Assembly (NCBI GenBank): GCA_043803945.1
Contig: JAZDJN010000091.1
Coordinates: forward strand, 64,001-128,000
From: a bacterium
Lineage (GTDB): Bacteria; Bacteroidota; Ignavibacteria; UBA10030
Direction: 5' to 3'
Length of the DNA stretch: 64,000 nucleotides
The notes below the pieces were generated by a model, which saw nothing but the letters and a program-made list of their open reading frames with translations, had not been told where the DNA came from and did no database searches. This document shows positions 1-8,624 of this stretch, piece after piece. A program made the translations under genes and the position numbers. Every line of letters starts with the position of its first letter. Positions within the stretch are counted from its first letter, which is position 1.

Positions 1-113
1 TTTCAGACACCCTCATCCTCTGTAAATTGCACTCATGCTTTTACATTTTTTGGATAACGATTCTGTCTAAGTGCGGAGATGTTAGAACTGTTGAATATAT
101 GAGGTATAATAAG

Positions 114-968
114 ATGAGCAAGATTTTATTCCCAGGATTGTATCGCGTCTTCGCTTTAGCGAGTGCTCTTATTGTCATCAGCTCGTCAGCAATGGCCGAC
201 AGCGGCACCATCGACAAAGGTGGAGAACTGGCATTAATCATCACCGGAGCATTGACGGCGTTCTTCATCGTACTCATTTTCTTTGTCATCTTTGTGCTGA
301 ATGGCAACATCGATCCGCTGACTGCGATTCTGAGGGCCGTATGGGAACACATCGTTCCGCAGGATGCCGACAAGGCGATTGCGATGGATGAGGATTTCGA
401 TGGAATTACCGAACTCGACAACCAAATACCGCCCTGGTTCAATTATCTCTTTGCAGGATCGGTTGTCTTCGCTCTTATGTACATGCTCGATTATCACGTC
501 TGGGGAACAAGTCCACTGCCCGGTACTGAATTTTCGCAGGAAGTCGCGGCGGCAGATCTCCTTCGGCGGGTACGAATTGCATCCGAAGGTACCATCGATG
601 AAAACCAGCTCACGGCCCTGAAAGATTCTGAATCGATAAAGTCCGGCTCTGAAAAATTCATGAAGAATTGTGTGAGCTGCCATGGGAACAAGGGCGAGGG
701 AATCGTCGGGCCAAACCTGACCGATCAATTCTGGATTCATGGCGGCGGTGTGAAAGAGATCTATGCAACCATTAAAAACGGAATCCCCGCAAAAGGGATG
801 ATCAGTTGGAAATTAGTCTTCACTCCAAAAGAGATTCAACTGCTCTCGAGTTTTATCCTCTCTCTGCAAGGTACCAATCCACCGAATGCAAAGAAGGCCG
901 AAGGAGTACTCTATGTTGCTCCGAAGATGGCTGTAAAAGATTCAACAAAACAGAAGGCAACATCGTAA
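114..968 (+). CDS. ccoP: cbb3-type cytochrome c oxidase subunit III (CcoP), Bacteroidota type
   Basis: FixP_N motif DFDGITELDNQIPPWF, TM helices, one heme motif CVSCH, GPNLTDQFWIHGG. Start moved to ATG 114 (GAGGT upstream); the ORF track starts at 27. Confidence 0.9.
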   Translation: MSKILFPGLYRVFALASALIVISSSAMADSGTIDKGGELALIITGALTAFFIVLIFFVIFVLNGNIDPLTAILRAVWEHIVPQDADKAIAMDEDFDGITELDNQIPPWFNYLFAGSVVFALMYMLDYHVWGTSPLPGTEFSQEVAAADLLRRVRIASEGTIDENQLTALKDSESIKSGSEKFMKNCVSCHGNKGEGIVGPNLTDQFWIHGGGVKEIYATIKNGIPAKGMISWKLVFTPKEIQLLSSFILSLQGTNPPNAKKAEGVLYVAPKMAVKDSTKQKATS

Positions 969-983
969 GAATCGAGCATTGAC

Positions 984-2402
984 GTGGAAAATAGAGAATT
1001 ACAGAGCCAGCCCTCCTTCCGGGATCAGCTCGGTATCGTCTCGAAGGAAGGGAAACGGAAATGGGTCTACCCGCGTAAACCGAGCGGCCCCTTCCATCGC
1101 GCACGTCTCATCCTTAGCTGGATTCTTTGTGCAATTTTACTCGGTGTACCCTTCATCCGGCTGAATGGCCATCCGGTCATGTTGTTCGACATCACAGAAC
1201 GAAAATTCATCATCCTTGGATTGATCTTTGGCCCGCACGATTTCTTCCTGCTCGCGCTGACGATGATTACAGTGATCGTCTTCATTTTTCTCTTCACTGT
1301 CGTGTTCGGCAGACTCTTCTGCGGTTGGATCTGTCCGCAGACCGTGTTCATGGAAATGGTCTTCCGGAAGATCGATTATTGGATTGAAGGGAATCATCGG
1401 GAACAACGTGCACTCAACGAATCGTCGATGAATGGCACAAAAGCATGGAAGAAGTTATTCAAGCATTCTTTGTACTTTACCATTTCGTTTATCATTGCCA
1501 ACATGCTCCTGGCATGGGTCATAGGAACAGACAAACTCTTCACGATCATCGCCGACCCACCTTCACAACATCTTGCCGGATTAACGGCAATCGTCGCCTT
1601 CACCGGAGTGTTTCATTGGATTTTTGGCTGGTTTCGCGAACAGGCTTGCATCCTCATCTGTCCCTATGGACGGCTTCAGGGTGTCTTATTGGATCGCCGG
1701 TCCACTGTGATTGCGTACGATTTCATTCGGGGAGAACCGCGGAGAAAATATAAGAAAAGTGAATCCCGTGAATTGGGAGATTGCATCGATTGCCATCAAT
1801 GTGTTGAGGTCTGCCCGACAGGAATAGATATCCGTAATGGAACACAACTCGAATGCGTGAACTGTACAGCATGCATCGACGCATGTAATACGATCATGGA
1901 CTCGATCGAGCGGCCGCGTGAATTAATCCGCTACGACTCTATCGAGGGTATAGAGAAAAAAGCCCCGTCTCTGGTTACAATGCGAAGTGTTGGTTACTCG
2001 GTTGTCCTGCTCCTTCTCATCTCCGTATTGAGTTACTTGCTTTACAATCGGTCGGAGATCGATGTGACAATCCTCAGAACTCCCGGTCTGTTCTTCCAGG
2101 AGCAACCCGATAAGCAGGTGAGCAACCTCTACGACGTTAAGGCCATCAATAAAACATTTGAGGAATTCCCCCTCACGTTCAAACTCAAAAATATTGAAGG
2201 ATCTATTTCAGTTCTTGGCGATGTTCACACTCTCAAGCCTCAGGAAGCAGCCTCCGCCCGTCTCTTTGTTATACTTCACCGGAGTCAACTTCGTACGATG
2301 AACACTCCATTCGAAATTGAAATATTCCGGGGCACACAGCTCGTTAACGTCGTCCAGACATCGTTCCTCGGACCCCTACAAATGAAAGGAAAAACGGAGT
2401 GA
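984..2402 (+). CDS. ccoG: cytochrome c oxidase accessory protein CcoG (4Fe-4S, membrane)
   Basis: GRLFCGWICPQTV, CILICPYGRLQ, CIDCHQCVEVCPTGIDIR, ECVNCTACIDAC; follows ccoP. Confidence 0.95.
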   Translation: MENRELQSQPSFRDQLGIVSKEGKRKWVYPRKPSGPFHRARLILSWILCAILLGVPFIRLNGHPVMLFDITERKFIILGLIFGPHDFFLLALTMITVIVFIFLFTVVFGRLFCGWICPQTVFMEMVFRKIDYWIEGNHREQRALNESSMNGTKAWKKLFKHSLYFTISFIIANMLLAWVIGTDKLFTIIADPPSQHLAGLTAIVAFTGVFHWIFGWFREQACILICPYGRLQGVLLDRRSTVIAYDFIRGEPRRKYKKSESRELGDCIDCHQCVEVCPTGIDIRNGTQLECVNCTACIDACNTIMDSIERPRELIRYDSIEGIEKKAPSLVTMRSVGYSVVLLLLISVLSYLLYNRSEIDVTILRTPGLFFQEQPDKQVSNLYDVKAINKTFEEFPLTFKLKNIEGSISVLGDVHTLKPQEAASARLFVILHRSQLRTMNTPFEIEIFRGTQLVNVVQTSFLGPLQMKGKTE

Positions 2403-2842
2403 AGCTTCATTGGGGAATCGGTCTTGGTATCGGTTTCGCCTTCTTCGCGCTGGGGATTCTGGCGCTGGTTATCATTTCCATGAATCAGAAAATCGATCTG
2501 GTCAGCGACGATTACTATCAGAAAGAATTACGTCATCAAGAGCAGATCGAGAGAACTCAGCGCTCGACAGCACTAAAAGAGCGGCTCGAGGTAACGAGCG
2601 TTGGAACCCGTATCTCAATTCGTTTCCCAAAGATGTTTTCACCAGGCAATCTTAAAGGGACACTTTCTTTTTACAGGCCGGCAGACCGCTCGAATGATTT
2701 CTCGATCTCAATCTCCCTCGATTCAACCAATGCGCAAAGTGTCATCACTGATTCACTTGTTAAAGGTTTGTGGAGGTTGAAAGCATTCTGGACAAGCGCT
2801 CAGCTTGAGTATTATCACGAAGAAGCATTGATTATCCAATAA
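2399..2842 (+). CDS. ccoH: FixH/CcoH family protein
   Basis: N-terminal WG..I TM helix, DLVSDDYYQKEL, FYRPAD...D, KGLW; overlaps the ccoG stop. Confidence 0.88.
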   Translation: MKLHWGIGLGIGFAFFALGILALVIISMNQKIDLVSDDYYQKELRHQEQIERTQRSTALKERLEVTSVGTRISIRFPKMFSPGNLKGTLSFYRPADRSNDFSISISLDSTNAQSVITDSLVKGLWRLKAFWTSAQLEYYHEEALIIQ

Positions 2843-2843
2843 G

Positions 2844-3557
2844 GTGTTTATGGAATTTTTTGCAGGACTGATGTTTGGTTTCGCCGGTAGTCTGCATTGC
2901 ATTGGGATGTGCGGCCCCATCGTACTGGCACTTTCCACCGGACAACAATCTTTCTCCAAACTCCTTCTGGGGCGGCTAGCCTACAACCTTGGAAGAGTCT
3001 TCACATACACCATGGTGGGAGCAATTGTCGGATGGATCGGCGGTGCTTTGCTGATTCCGTTACTTCAGGAAAAACTCACCATCATCATGGGAGTTGTCAT
3101 TCTGATAGGCGCACTTTTTCCGCTGCTCGTTAAATCCGCTTCAACTATTCGCTTGCTTCCCCAGCCGTTGTATCAACGATTAATCTCTCAGATCGCATCG
3201 CTTCTTACGACACAATCAGTTCACACGCTGTTTCTTCTTGGCATATTGAATGGATTGCTTCCCTGTGGATTTGTGTATATGGGTATTGCCGGAGCAGTGG
3301 CTACCGGCTCGTTGATTGGCGGTGTATTGTTTATGGCTGGATTCGGTGTTGGTACGATTCCAGCAATGTTGAGCTTTGCGATTTCACCGAGACTTATTTC
3401 GGTCAATGCCCGCACCAAACTCGCACGCATGCTCCCCGCGTTCACAATACTAGTTGGGATTTTGCTGATCGTTCGGGGTTTGGCTTTGGGGATTCCTTAT
3501 CTCAGCCCAAAACTTCAGGATCGGGCCGCTTCGATGCAAATGGAACACCATCACTAA
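2844..3557 (+). CDS. DsbD_2 / TauE-SafE-like membrane protein (cbb3 oxidase maturation)
   Basis: GSLHCIGMCGPI, YNLGR, NGLLPCGFVY, FGVGTIP motifs, His-rich C-terminus; usual neighbour of ccoGH. Confidence 0.88.
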   Translation: MFMEFFAGLMFGFAGSLHCIGMCGPIVLALSTGQQSFSKLLLGRLAYNLGRVFTYTMVGAIVGWIGGALLIPLLQEKLTIIMGVVILIGALFPLLVKSASTIRLLPQPLYQRLISQIASLLTTQSVHTLFLLGILNGLLPCGFVYMGIAGAVATGSLIGGVLFMAGFGVGTIPAMLSFAISPRLISVNARTKLARMLPAFTILVGILLIVRGLALGIPYLSPKLQDRAASMQMEHHH

Positions 3558-3607
3558 TTTTTTTTAAACTAGAAAGTACTCCAACATTCCTAAAAGAAAA
3601 AGCTTTG

Positions 3608-4513
3608 ATGAATACACTGCAGCGTTGTCTCAATACGATTTTCTGTTTGCTTGTGCTGTCGGCAAATTTATCACTGCTGCAATCCCAGCCATCCGCTAAC
3701 GATTCAATTCAACTCTTAATTCGTTGCGATGATCTCGGCATGTGCCACAGTGTGAACCTTGCTGCGAAACGACTCTTCGAGTCAGGACTTCCAGTCTCAG
3801 TATCCATTATGTTCGCCTGTCCCTGGTATCAGGAAGCGGTCGACCTCCTGAAGCAGTACCCGGATGTATCGGCAGGAGTTCACTTAACGCTTAATGCAGA
3901 ATGGAAGAATTATCGTTGGGGACCAGTGTTAGGAAAAGTTGCTGTACCAAGTTTGGTAGACAGCATCGGCTTTTTTTTTCCTTCAAGAGCAACATTTTTT
4001 GCCAACAATCCTAAGATTGCTGAGGTCGAGAAAGAGCTGCGCGCACAAATTGAGCGGGCATTAAGCTCAGGAATCAGGATCGATTATCTCGATTACCATA
4101 TGGGTACTGTTGTGGACACACCTGAGCTCCGGGCATTGCTTGAGAGATTAGCGAACGAATATCACCTTGGCATCTCTCGCTACTTTGGAGAAAGGGATGT
4201 TGCCGGCGTTTATAAGCTCGCTCCCGAAACAAAGACAGACTCACTTCTTGCTACGATCTCGGGTTTAAAGAATGGACCAGTGCAACTTCTTGTTTGCCAT
4301 ATCGGCCTGGATACTCCCGAGATGAGCGCTCTCATCGATCTGAACACTTTTGGTTTGGCTCAGATGAGTAAGCATCGTGAAGCTGAACTCAATGCACTTC
4401 TTTCAAACGATTTTCGGAAGATCATCAAGGATAAGAAGATACGATTGTTGACTTATAGGGATATTATTAGACGAATGGGTCTCGACAAGATGCAGAGGCC
4501 AGGAGTAGAGTGA
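3608..4513 (+). CDS. YdjC/ChbG/HpnK family carbohydrate deacetylase, exported
   Basis: IRCDDLGMCHSVN, GVHLTLNAEW, ELRAQIE, LDYHMG; signal peptide. Confidence 0.85.
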   Translation: MNTLQRCLNTIFCLLVLSANLSLLQSQPSANDSIQLLIRCDDLGMCHSVNLAAKRLFESGLPVSVSIMFACPWYQEAVDLLKQYPDVSAGVHLTLNAEWKNYRWGPVLGKVAVPSLVDSIGFFFPSRATFFANNPKIAEVEKELRAQIERALSSGIRIDYLDYHMGTVVDTPELRALLERLANEYHLGISRYFGERDVAGVYKLAPETKTDSLLATISGLKNGPVQLLVCHIGLDTPEMSALIDLNTFGLAQMSKHREAELNALLSNDFRKIIKDKKIRLLTYRDIIRRMGLDKMQRPGVE

Positions 4514-4652
4514 GCAGTTGATGTTAGACATCTGAAGTGTTTTACTGAAATCTGGATTGAGTGTAATACCGCAAGGCACGCTGAGGACACCAAAGAAAAT
4601 CCTAAAATGAAAGAGTAGATAGAGAAAGACATTTCGTATTTACTCAACTCGC

Positions 4653-4795
4653 TTAGTAATCCTACTACTTTCACTTATCTTTCGCCCACTTTCCCAAGAG
4701 GGCTGGGAGGATTCTACAAGCTGCTGCAGATAAATCTCATTGAGAACTCCGACTCCATCGACAAATCCCCCTTCCCCCCTTTTCGAAAGGGGGAA
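4653..4795. repeat. ~140-bp dispersed intergenic repeat, copy 1 (copy 2 at 36772-36920)
   Basis: TTAGTAATCCTA.TACTTTCACTTATCTTTC...GGATTCTAC...GCTGCAGATAAATCTCATTGAGAACTCC...GACAAATC is shared with 36772-36920; ends in palindrome TTCCCCCCTTTTCGAAAGGGGGAA. Confidence 0.85.
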
Positions 4796-5021
4796 ATTGT
4801 GCCCGCAGAAGAACAACAATCATCAACACATCCAGTCATTATCTTGCCCCGATATACACAAATGGAAACCAAATTGCCCTTTGCGTGAACTGTGTTGAGC
4901 AATTATATCATTCCTTAAAATACCTTTGTGCACCTTGTGTCCTCGGCAGTAGTATCTCTTTATGCGATCCAATCGTACTTGTTTTGTGAAATGCAGAAGA
5001 GTAAGCCGTTCCTGAAAAACT

Positions 5022-5062
5022 AAAAAAACGCTTTCAGGAGACTTCTGAAAGCGCTTTTTTTT
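5022..5062. terminator. intrinsic terminator, bidirectional shape
   Basis: A7-CGCTTTCAG-loop-CTGAAAGCG-C-T8; lies just downstream of the 3' tRNA fragment. Confidence 0.7.
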
Positions 5063-5190
5063 GTGGGCACTACTGGGGTCCCCGCCCGACCGCATTTGAG
5101 TCTGATTATCGGTCGGGCGGGTCCACCAGAGGCGGATGAGCTTTCCGCCAAAAAGACGACGGACAAACTGGCTCAGAACCAGTGACCTTA
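5063..5190 (-). pseudogene. copy of the tRNA-Val 3' half, split by a 95-bp insertion
   Basis: GTGGGCACTACTGGGGTC (5063-5080) + GAACCAGTGACCTTA (5176-5190) matches tRNA 5256-5288 with one mismatch; the insert 5081-5175 is nested palindromes. Confidence 0.8.
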
Positions 5191-5217
5191 TCCTTGGAGC
5201 AGTGAGTTCAATGAAAG

Positions 5218-5253
5218 AAAAAAGCACTTTGAATTCACCTTTCAAAGTGCTTT
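5218..5253 (-). terminator. intrinsic terminator of tRNA-Val
   Basis: AAGCACTTTGAA-loop-TTCAAAGTGCTT with an A-tract on + (U-tract on -), immediately 3' of the tRNA. Confidence 0.75.
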
Positions 5254-5256
5254 ATG

Positions 5257-5331
5257 TGGGCGCTACTGGGGTCGAACCAGTGACCTTACGCGTGTGAGGC
5301 GTACGCTCTGAACCAACTGAGCTAAGCGCCC
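5257..5331 (-). tRNA. tRNA-Val(CAC), CCA not encoded
   Basis: Reverse complement GGGCGCTTAGCTCAGTTGGTTCAGAGCGTACGCCTCACACGCGTAAGGTCACTGGTTCGACCCCAGTAGCGCCCA; acceptor stem GGGCGCT/AGCGCCC, anticodon stem TACGC/GCGTA with loop CTCACAC, GGTTCGA T-loop. Confidence 0.96.
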
Positions 5332-5343
5332 AAAGAACATAAA

Positions 5344-5396
5344 AACCAACTGTTTACCCGCCGGAATACGAAGTACTCGGCGGAAGCTAAGCGCCC
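5344..5396 (-). pseudogene. copy of the tRNA-Val 5' end, split by a 32-bp palindromic insertion
   Basis: AACCAACTG (5344-5352) + AGCTAAGCGCCC (5385-5396) equals tRNA 5311-5331; insert TTTACCCGCCGGAATACGAAGTACTCGGCGGA. Confidence 0.75.
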
Positions 5397-5635
5397 TCTC
5401 TTAAAACTTGGGCAATTCAAATAACAACTATCACGAATTCTGTTGAGTGTAGAATCACTATAAAAGCGTTCTACAATTTTCTCTACTGAGTAGCACTAAC
5501 CTCTTGATGAATATAATAGATAGTGTTTGAAAAAACAACTTCCGGTAGGGTTGAGCTGCAAGGGTTTGATTTGCACATTGATTCAATAGTGTCCCACTTC
5601 CTGGTGGGGAGCGAGGGAAAGTGATTGCAGGACCC

Positions 5636-5965
5636 CTAGGAAATAATAGTCACGATTATTTCCACGACCTCGCGATATTTTCCCGGTATAATCGTTCCAA
5701 TCTTTTTCTCGATTATTCGACTTTCAGCAGTAAATAATTTGTTCGGACGGGCATAGGAAGGGTCTTGAGTCAGGGAGCCTATAGCAAAATCGATTCGTTT
5801 CAACTCCACCGAATAGATGTCGCTTCGCGATGCAGTTATCTGGCAGAGAATGACATCCTCACCAAGGGGGTCCGAAATGACCAAAGCAGGACGTCTCTTT
5901 ACTGTAGAAAGGTCTGAAAATGGGAATGGCAGAGTTACACCATCCCCTTTTACAAATCTAACCAT
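5636..5965 (-). CDS. mazF: PemK/MazF family endoribonuclease toxin
   Basis: GD.V.LPFPFSD....KRRPALVIS, ILCQIT, SYARPNKLFT. Confidence 0.9.
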   Translation of the reverse strand: MVRFVKGDGVTLPFPFSDLSTVKRRPALVISDPLGEDVILCQITASRSDIYSVELKRIDFAIGSLTQDPSYARPNKLFTAESRIIEKKIGTIIPGKYREVVEIIVTIIS

Positions 5966-6186
5966 GCAGCATCCTCTTCAGGAGAGTCCCAGTCTTTTGC
6001 AAGTGCCTTCTCTGATGCTAACATCGTATCCGGGAATGGCCTAATCAACTCATGGATGAAGAACGGCCTGGTCTTCAAGGGACTTCCTGTAGAGCTAGAT
6101 TCGATGCCAAGAGCAAGTGAGATTATTACTTGCCCTGATGCTAGCCATGTGCTGGAATCCACAGAACATGTCTCGTCAGGATTCAT
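5950..6186 (-). CDS. putative antitoxin of the PemK/MazF toxin
   Basis: C-terminal LASEKALAKDWDSPEEDAAW.DL motif typical of small antitoxins upstream of this PemK subfamily; overlaps the toxin start; N-terminal half not recognised. Confidence 0.7.
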   Translation of the reverse strand: MNPDETCSVDSSTWLASGQVIISLALGIESSSTGSPLKTRPFFIHELIRPFPDTMLASEKALAKDWDSPEEDAAWLDL

Positions 6187-7004
6187 CGTGTGTTCCTTGG
6201 ATTGAATAGTTTCGCCACGTCTTTCTCTTTGATGGGTTGGAAGCCACCCGTCTTCGTTATTGCCGCAATATCTATATTGCCTCCGACACCACGCAAGCCA
6301 ACATAGAAGGATTGCATTTCCATGGTTGTCCGAACGAGCAACGCCGAAAGATTTATACAGTCTTGAAGTGGCAAGAATTGATACGGGATTTGTACCTGCA
6401 ATTGTGACAACGCTTTCGAAAGCAATGTAGTTTGCTCTGCAGTAAGGCCTAAGGTTTTCTGGACAAATGGTACGAGTTGAGGGTCATAACCGTGTATTAA
6501 CCTCCCAACGAACTCCTGCTGGCCTCCCCACACTGGGCCGAAATCCGACGTGTGCCACTCCTTTGGAACTGGTCGGGAAGGAATGTCTATCTCATAAACG
6601 CGTCCATAGGCTTCTCCCTCATCATAACCGCCTAGCATGAACACCATATCTGGCTGACCAGCCCACTGTTCAGGATTTGGCATCTTTTGGCCTATCCACA
6701 TCTGCATGAAGAAATCACCGAGCTTTTCCGCTACCTCTCCCACCTTGAGTCTTTTCTTCTCGATTGAAGCTTCGAACTCGGGGATATAGCTGTGGGCTGT
6801 CCTTGGATTCTGCTGACCAATGGCTCCCAAACCGTAAGTCACAATGCCGACATAATCCTGCCCGTTAACGCGCAGCAGTTTCGTAGTATTATCAAACGTT
6901 GCCGGTAAAACGGGACCTCCTGGAATCTGGGCCATGAGGGTGACCCTGCTATCTGCGGCGAGGACTATCCCCTCTGGGCCTTTGAAAACAATACCTAGGG
7001 ACAT
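6183..7004 (-). CDS. proteasome-beta-like Ntn-hydrolase (Anbu/BPH/connectase-like), Ser1
   Basis: M-SLGIVFKGPEGIVLAADSRVT, ..TTKL, C-terminal GVGGNIDIAAIT..G, the pattern of proteasome-type Ntn folds. Confidence 0.78.
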   Translation of the reverse strand: MSLGIVFKGPEGIVLAADSRVTLMAQIPGGPVLPATFDNTTKLLRVNGQDYVGIVTYGLGAIGQQNPRTAHSYIPEFEASIEKKRLKVGEVAEKLGDFFMQMWIGQKMPNPEQWAGQPDMVFMLGGYDEGEAYGRVYEIDIPSRPVPKEWHTSDFGPVWGGQQEFVGRLIHGYDPQLVPFVQKTLGLTAEQTTLLSKALSQLQVQIPYQFLPLQDCINLSALLVRTTMEMQSFYVGLRGVGGNIDIAAITKTGGFQPIKEKDVAKLFNPRNTR

Positions 7005-7108
7005 TTTCGTTCCAATGATATGCTTGGGAATTGCTATGAAGTATAGAGAATATTTTCTATCAGATCAAGTGCTAATGACCCAGCAAGAACAGCTTCAAAA
7101 TGAAATCT

Positions 7109-7260
7109 TTAGTTGGAAGACAGCGTTATTCTGTTCACAGTACTGTGCATTTGCTCAGGCTGAAGATGCGGGTAGATTTCCGTCACCTTGCTCAAAGGTT
7201 GTCCAAGTAGTTTCTGTACTCCGTCGAGAGAAGCTCCATCCTGCACCAACCATCGGCACG
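7109..7260 (-). pseudogene. C-terminal remnant of a tyrosine recombinase/integrase
   Basis: WLVQDGASLDGVQKLLGQ...KVTEIYPHL resembles box II (LLGH..T.IY.H); catalytic His is changed to Gln; HxLRH and the N-terminus are absent. Confidence 0.75.
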
Positions 7261-7535
7261 CCGAGAGTTGCTCTTCCTTCAGAGGTGTCCGCATGATGGA
7301 CCTCCTTGGTACCATGGAGCCAGAGCGTACTACGTGGAAGATAATCGGTGCTTTGGGAGTGGTTACAACTATGCAGTTTCAAGTGACAAAGTCAACGTCC
7401 GGAAAGTACGCTTCCTTACAGTGAACTCAGAAACGAAGTATTGCTCTCAATCTGGCAGACGTAATTGCCTCCGCGTTCCAAACGGACAAGCGCGGTATCC
7501 CTACCCACACATGAGAGCCACGAGAAATGCGGAAA

Positions 7536-8306
7536 TCAATAGTTCCTGGCAATACGAAAGCCGACGTTAACAAACCGGATGTCTGGACCACCACCACCCC
7601 GAAGGACAATGCGACAACCGTTGTCGCTGCTGTACCACCCACCTCCGCGGCTCATTCGTACCACACCACTTTCTGGACCTGTTGGGTTTGTTTGAGCACT
7701 CGTTGTGCATGGTCCATCCCAATCATTCACCCATTCGTCGACATTGCCACTCATATCAAAGATGCCAAGCTCATTTGCCTTCATCGTTCCGACTGAATGA
7801 GGCCTGTAGTCTGAATTGCCAAGATGCCACGCCACCGAATCCAATGTGTTGCTCCCGCAATATGTGTACCCCTGGCTGCGGTTCCCGCCACGGGCCGAAT
7901 ACTCCCATTCCGCTTCTGTCGGTAGGCGGTATTTCGTCGTCCCTTCCCTCTGATTGAGATAGCTCAACCAGTCTTGAATGTCATACCAACTTACTTGCCC
8001 CACGGGCAGACTATCTCCCTTGAACTCGCTGCTCGGAGACTCACTCAAGCTAGTTCCCCCGTTCGCCTGCTTCCAGAGGACGATTTCGCGCCAGAGCTTC
8101 TGCGTCACCTCATACTTGCCAATGTAGAAATCGCTCAGCGTGACCGAATGAGATGGCTGTGTGTACACCTCAGTGCTGCCGCTCCCCATCTGAAATGTGC
8201 CACCTTGCACAACCACCATGTTTGGCAGCATTGAAGGTATGGGCTTGCAGCCAATTGAGATCACAATCGCACAGAAAAAAAAGTAAGGCAGGATGAGAGT
8301 CTTCAT
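7536..8306 (-). CDS. FGE-sulfatase (SUMF1)/CLec-fold lipoprotein
   Basis: Lipobox ISIG-C; GGTFQMG, YEVTQ, RLPTEAEWEYSARGG, NELGIFDMSGNV.EW, RGGGW...GFR; start taken at MKTLIL. Confidence 0.9.
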   Translation of the reverse strand: MKTLILPYFFFCAIVISIGCKPIPSMLPNMVVVQGGTFQMGSGSTEVYTQPSHSVTLSDFYIGKYEVTQKLWREIVLWKQANGGTSLSESPSSEFKGDSLPVGQVSWYDIQDWLSYLNQREGTTKYRLPTEAEWEYSARGGNRSQGYTYCGSNTLDSVAWHLGNSDYRPHSVGTMKANELGIFDMSGNVDEWVNDWDGPCTTSAQTNPTGPESGVVRMSRGGGWYSSDNGCRIVLRGGGGPDIRFVNVGFRIARNY

Positions 8307-8477
8307 TTGAATCTCCTTCGACCCATGATTCACTGCGGATTAAAGATACAAAACAAAGAAGGACAAGGCAATAACAATTTCAGCCTTCCCCCCTTTTGTA
8401 ACATATGTGAAGCAAATGTTTTGCCTCAGGTATACACCTCAATATGACTGGGGATACACCTTAGTTGGCGAAGAGTC

Positions 8478-8555
8478 GAACACTGATGATACTGATCGAA
8501 CAGATACTCACCCATCTGTGGTGATCTGTGCTTTTTCTGTGTAATCAGTGTTCTA
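8478..8555. repeat. REP-like imperfect inverted repeat (AACACTGAT...ATCAGTGTT family)
   Basis: AACACTGATGATACTGATCGAACAGAT paired with ATCTGTG..ATCTGTG...ATCAGTGTT; relatives at 12036-12066 and 27410-27520. Confidence 0.6.
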
Positions 8556-8624
8556 TCTCTTAAGAAAAATAGCTGAGGGGCTATTCCTCTTTAATGAGTT
8601 ACCTCAGCGAAATAATCCGCTTCC

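Noticed and set aside
27-113. ccoQ fused in-frame to ccoP
   Set aside because: The upstream in-frame peptide is only weakly hydrophobic and lacks the CcoQ pattern; ATG 114 has an RBS and a signal-like N-terminus
4714-5245. ORFs 4714-4902 and 4823-5245 (and 36866-37123)
   Set aside because: They run through REP, MITE, terminator and tRNA-fragment DNA; the shared C-terminal peptide comes from the nucleotide repeat
7109-7315. Functional integrase
   Set aside because: Only ~50 C-terminal residues resemble an integrase; HxxR is absent and LGH is mutated
7427-7560. Template repeat of a complete DGR next to the FGE gene (short FRISR echo of FRIAR)
   Set aside because: Only ~15 nt of weak similarity, not an adenine-rich copy, and there is no reverse transcriptase in the window
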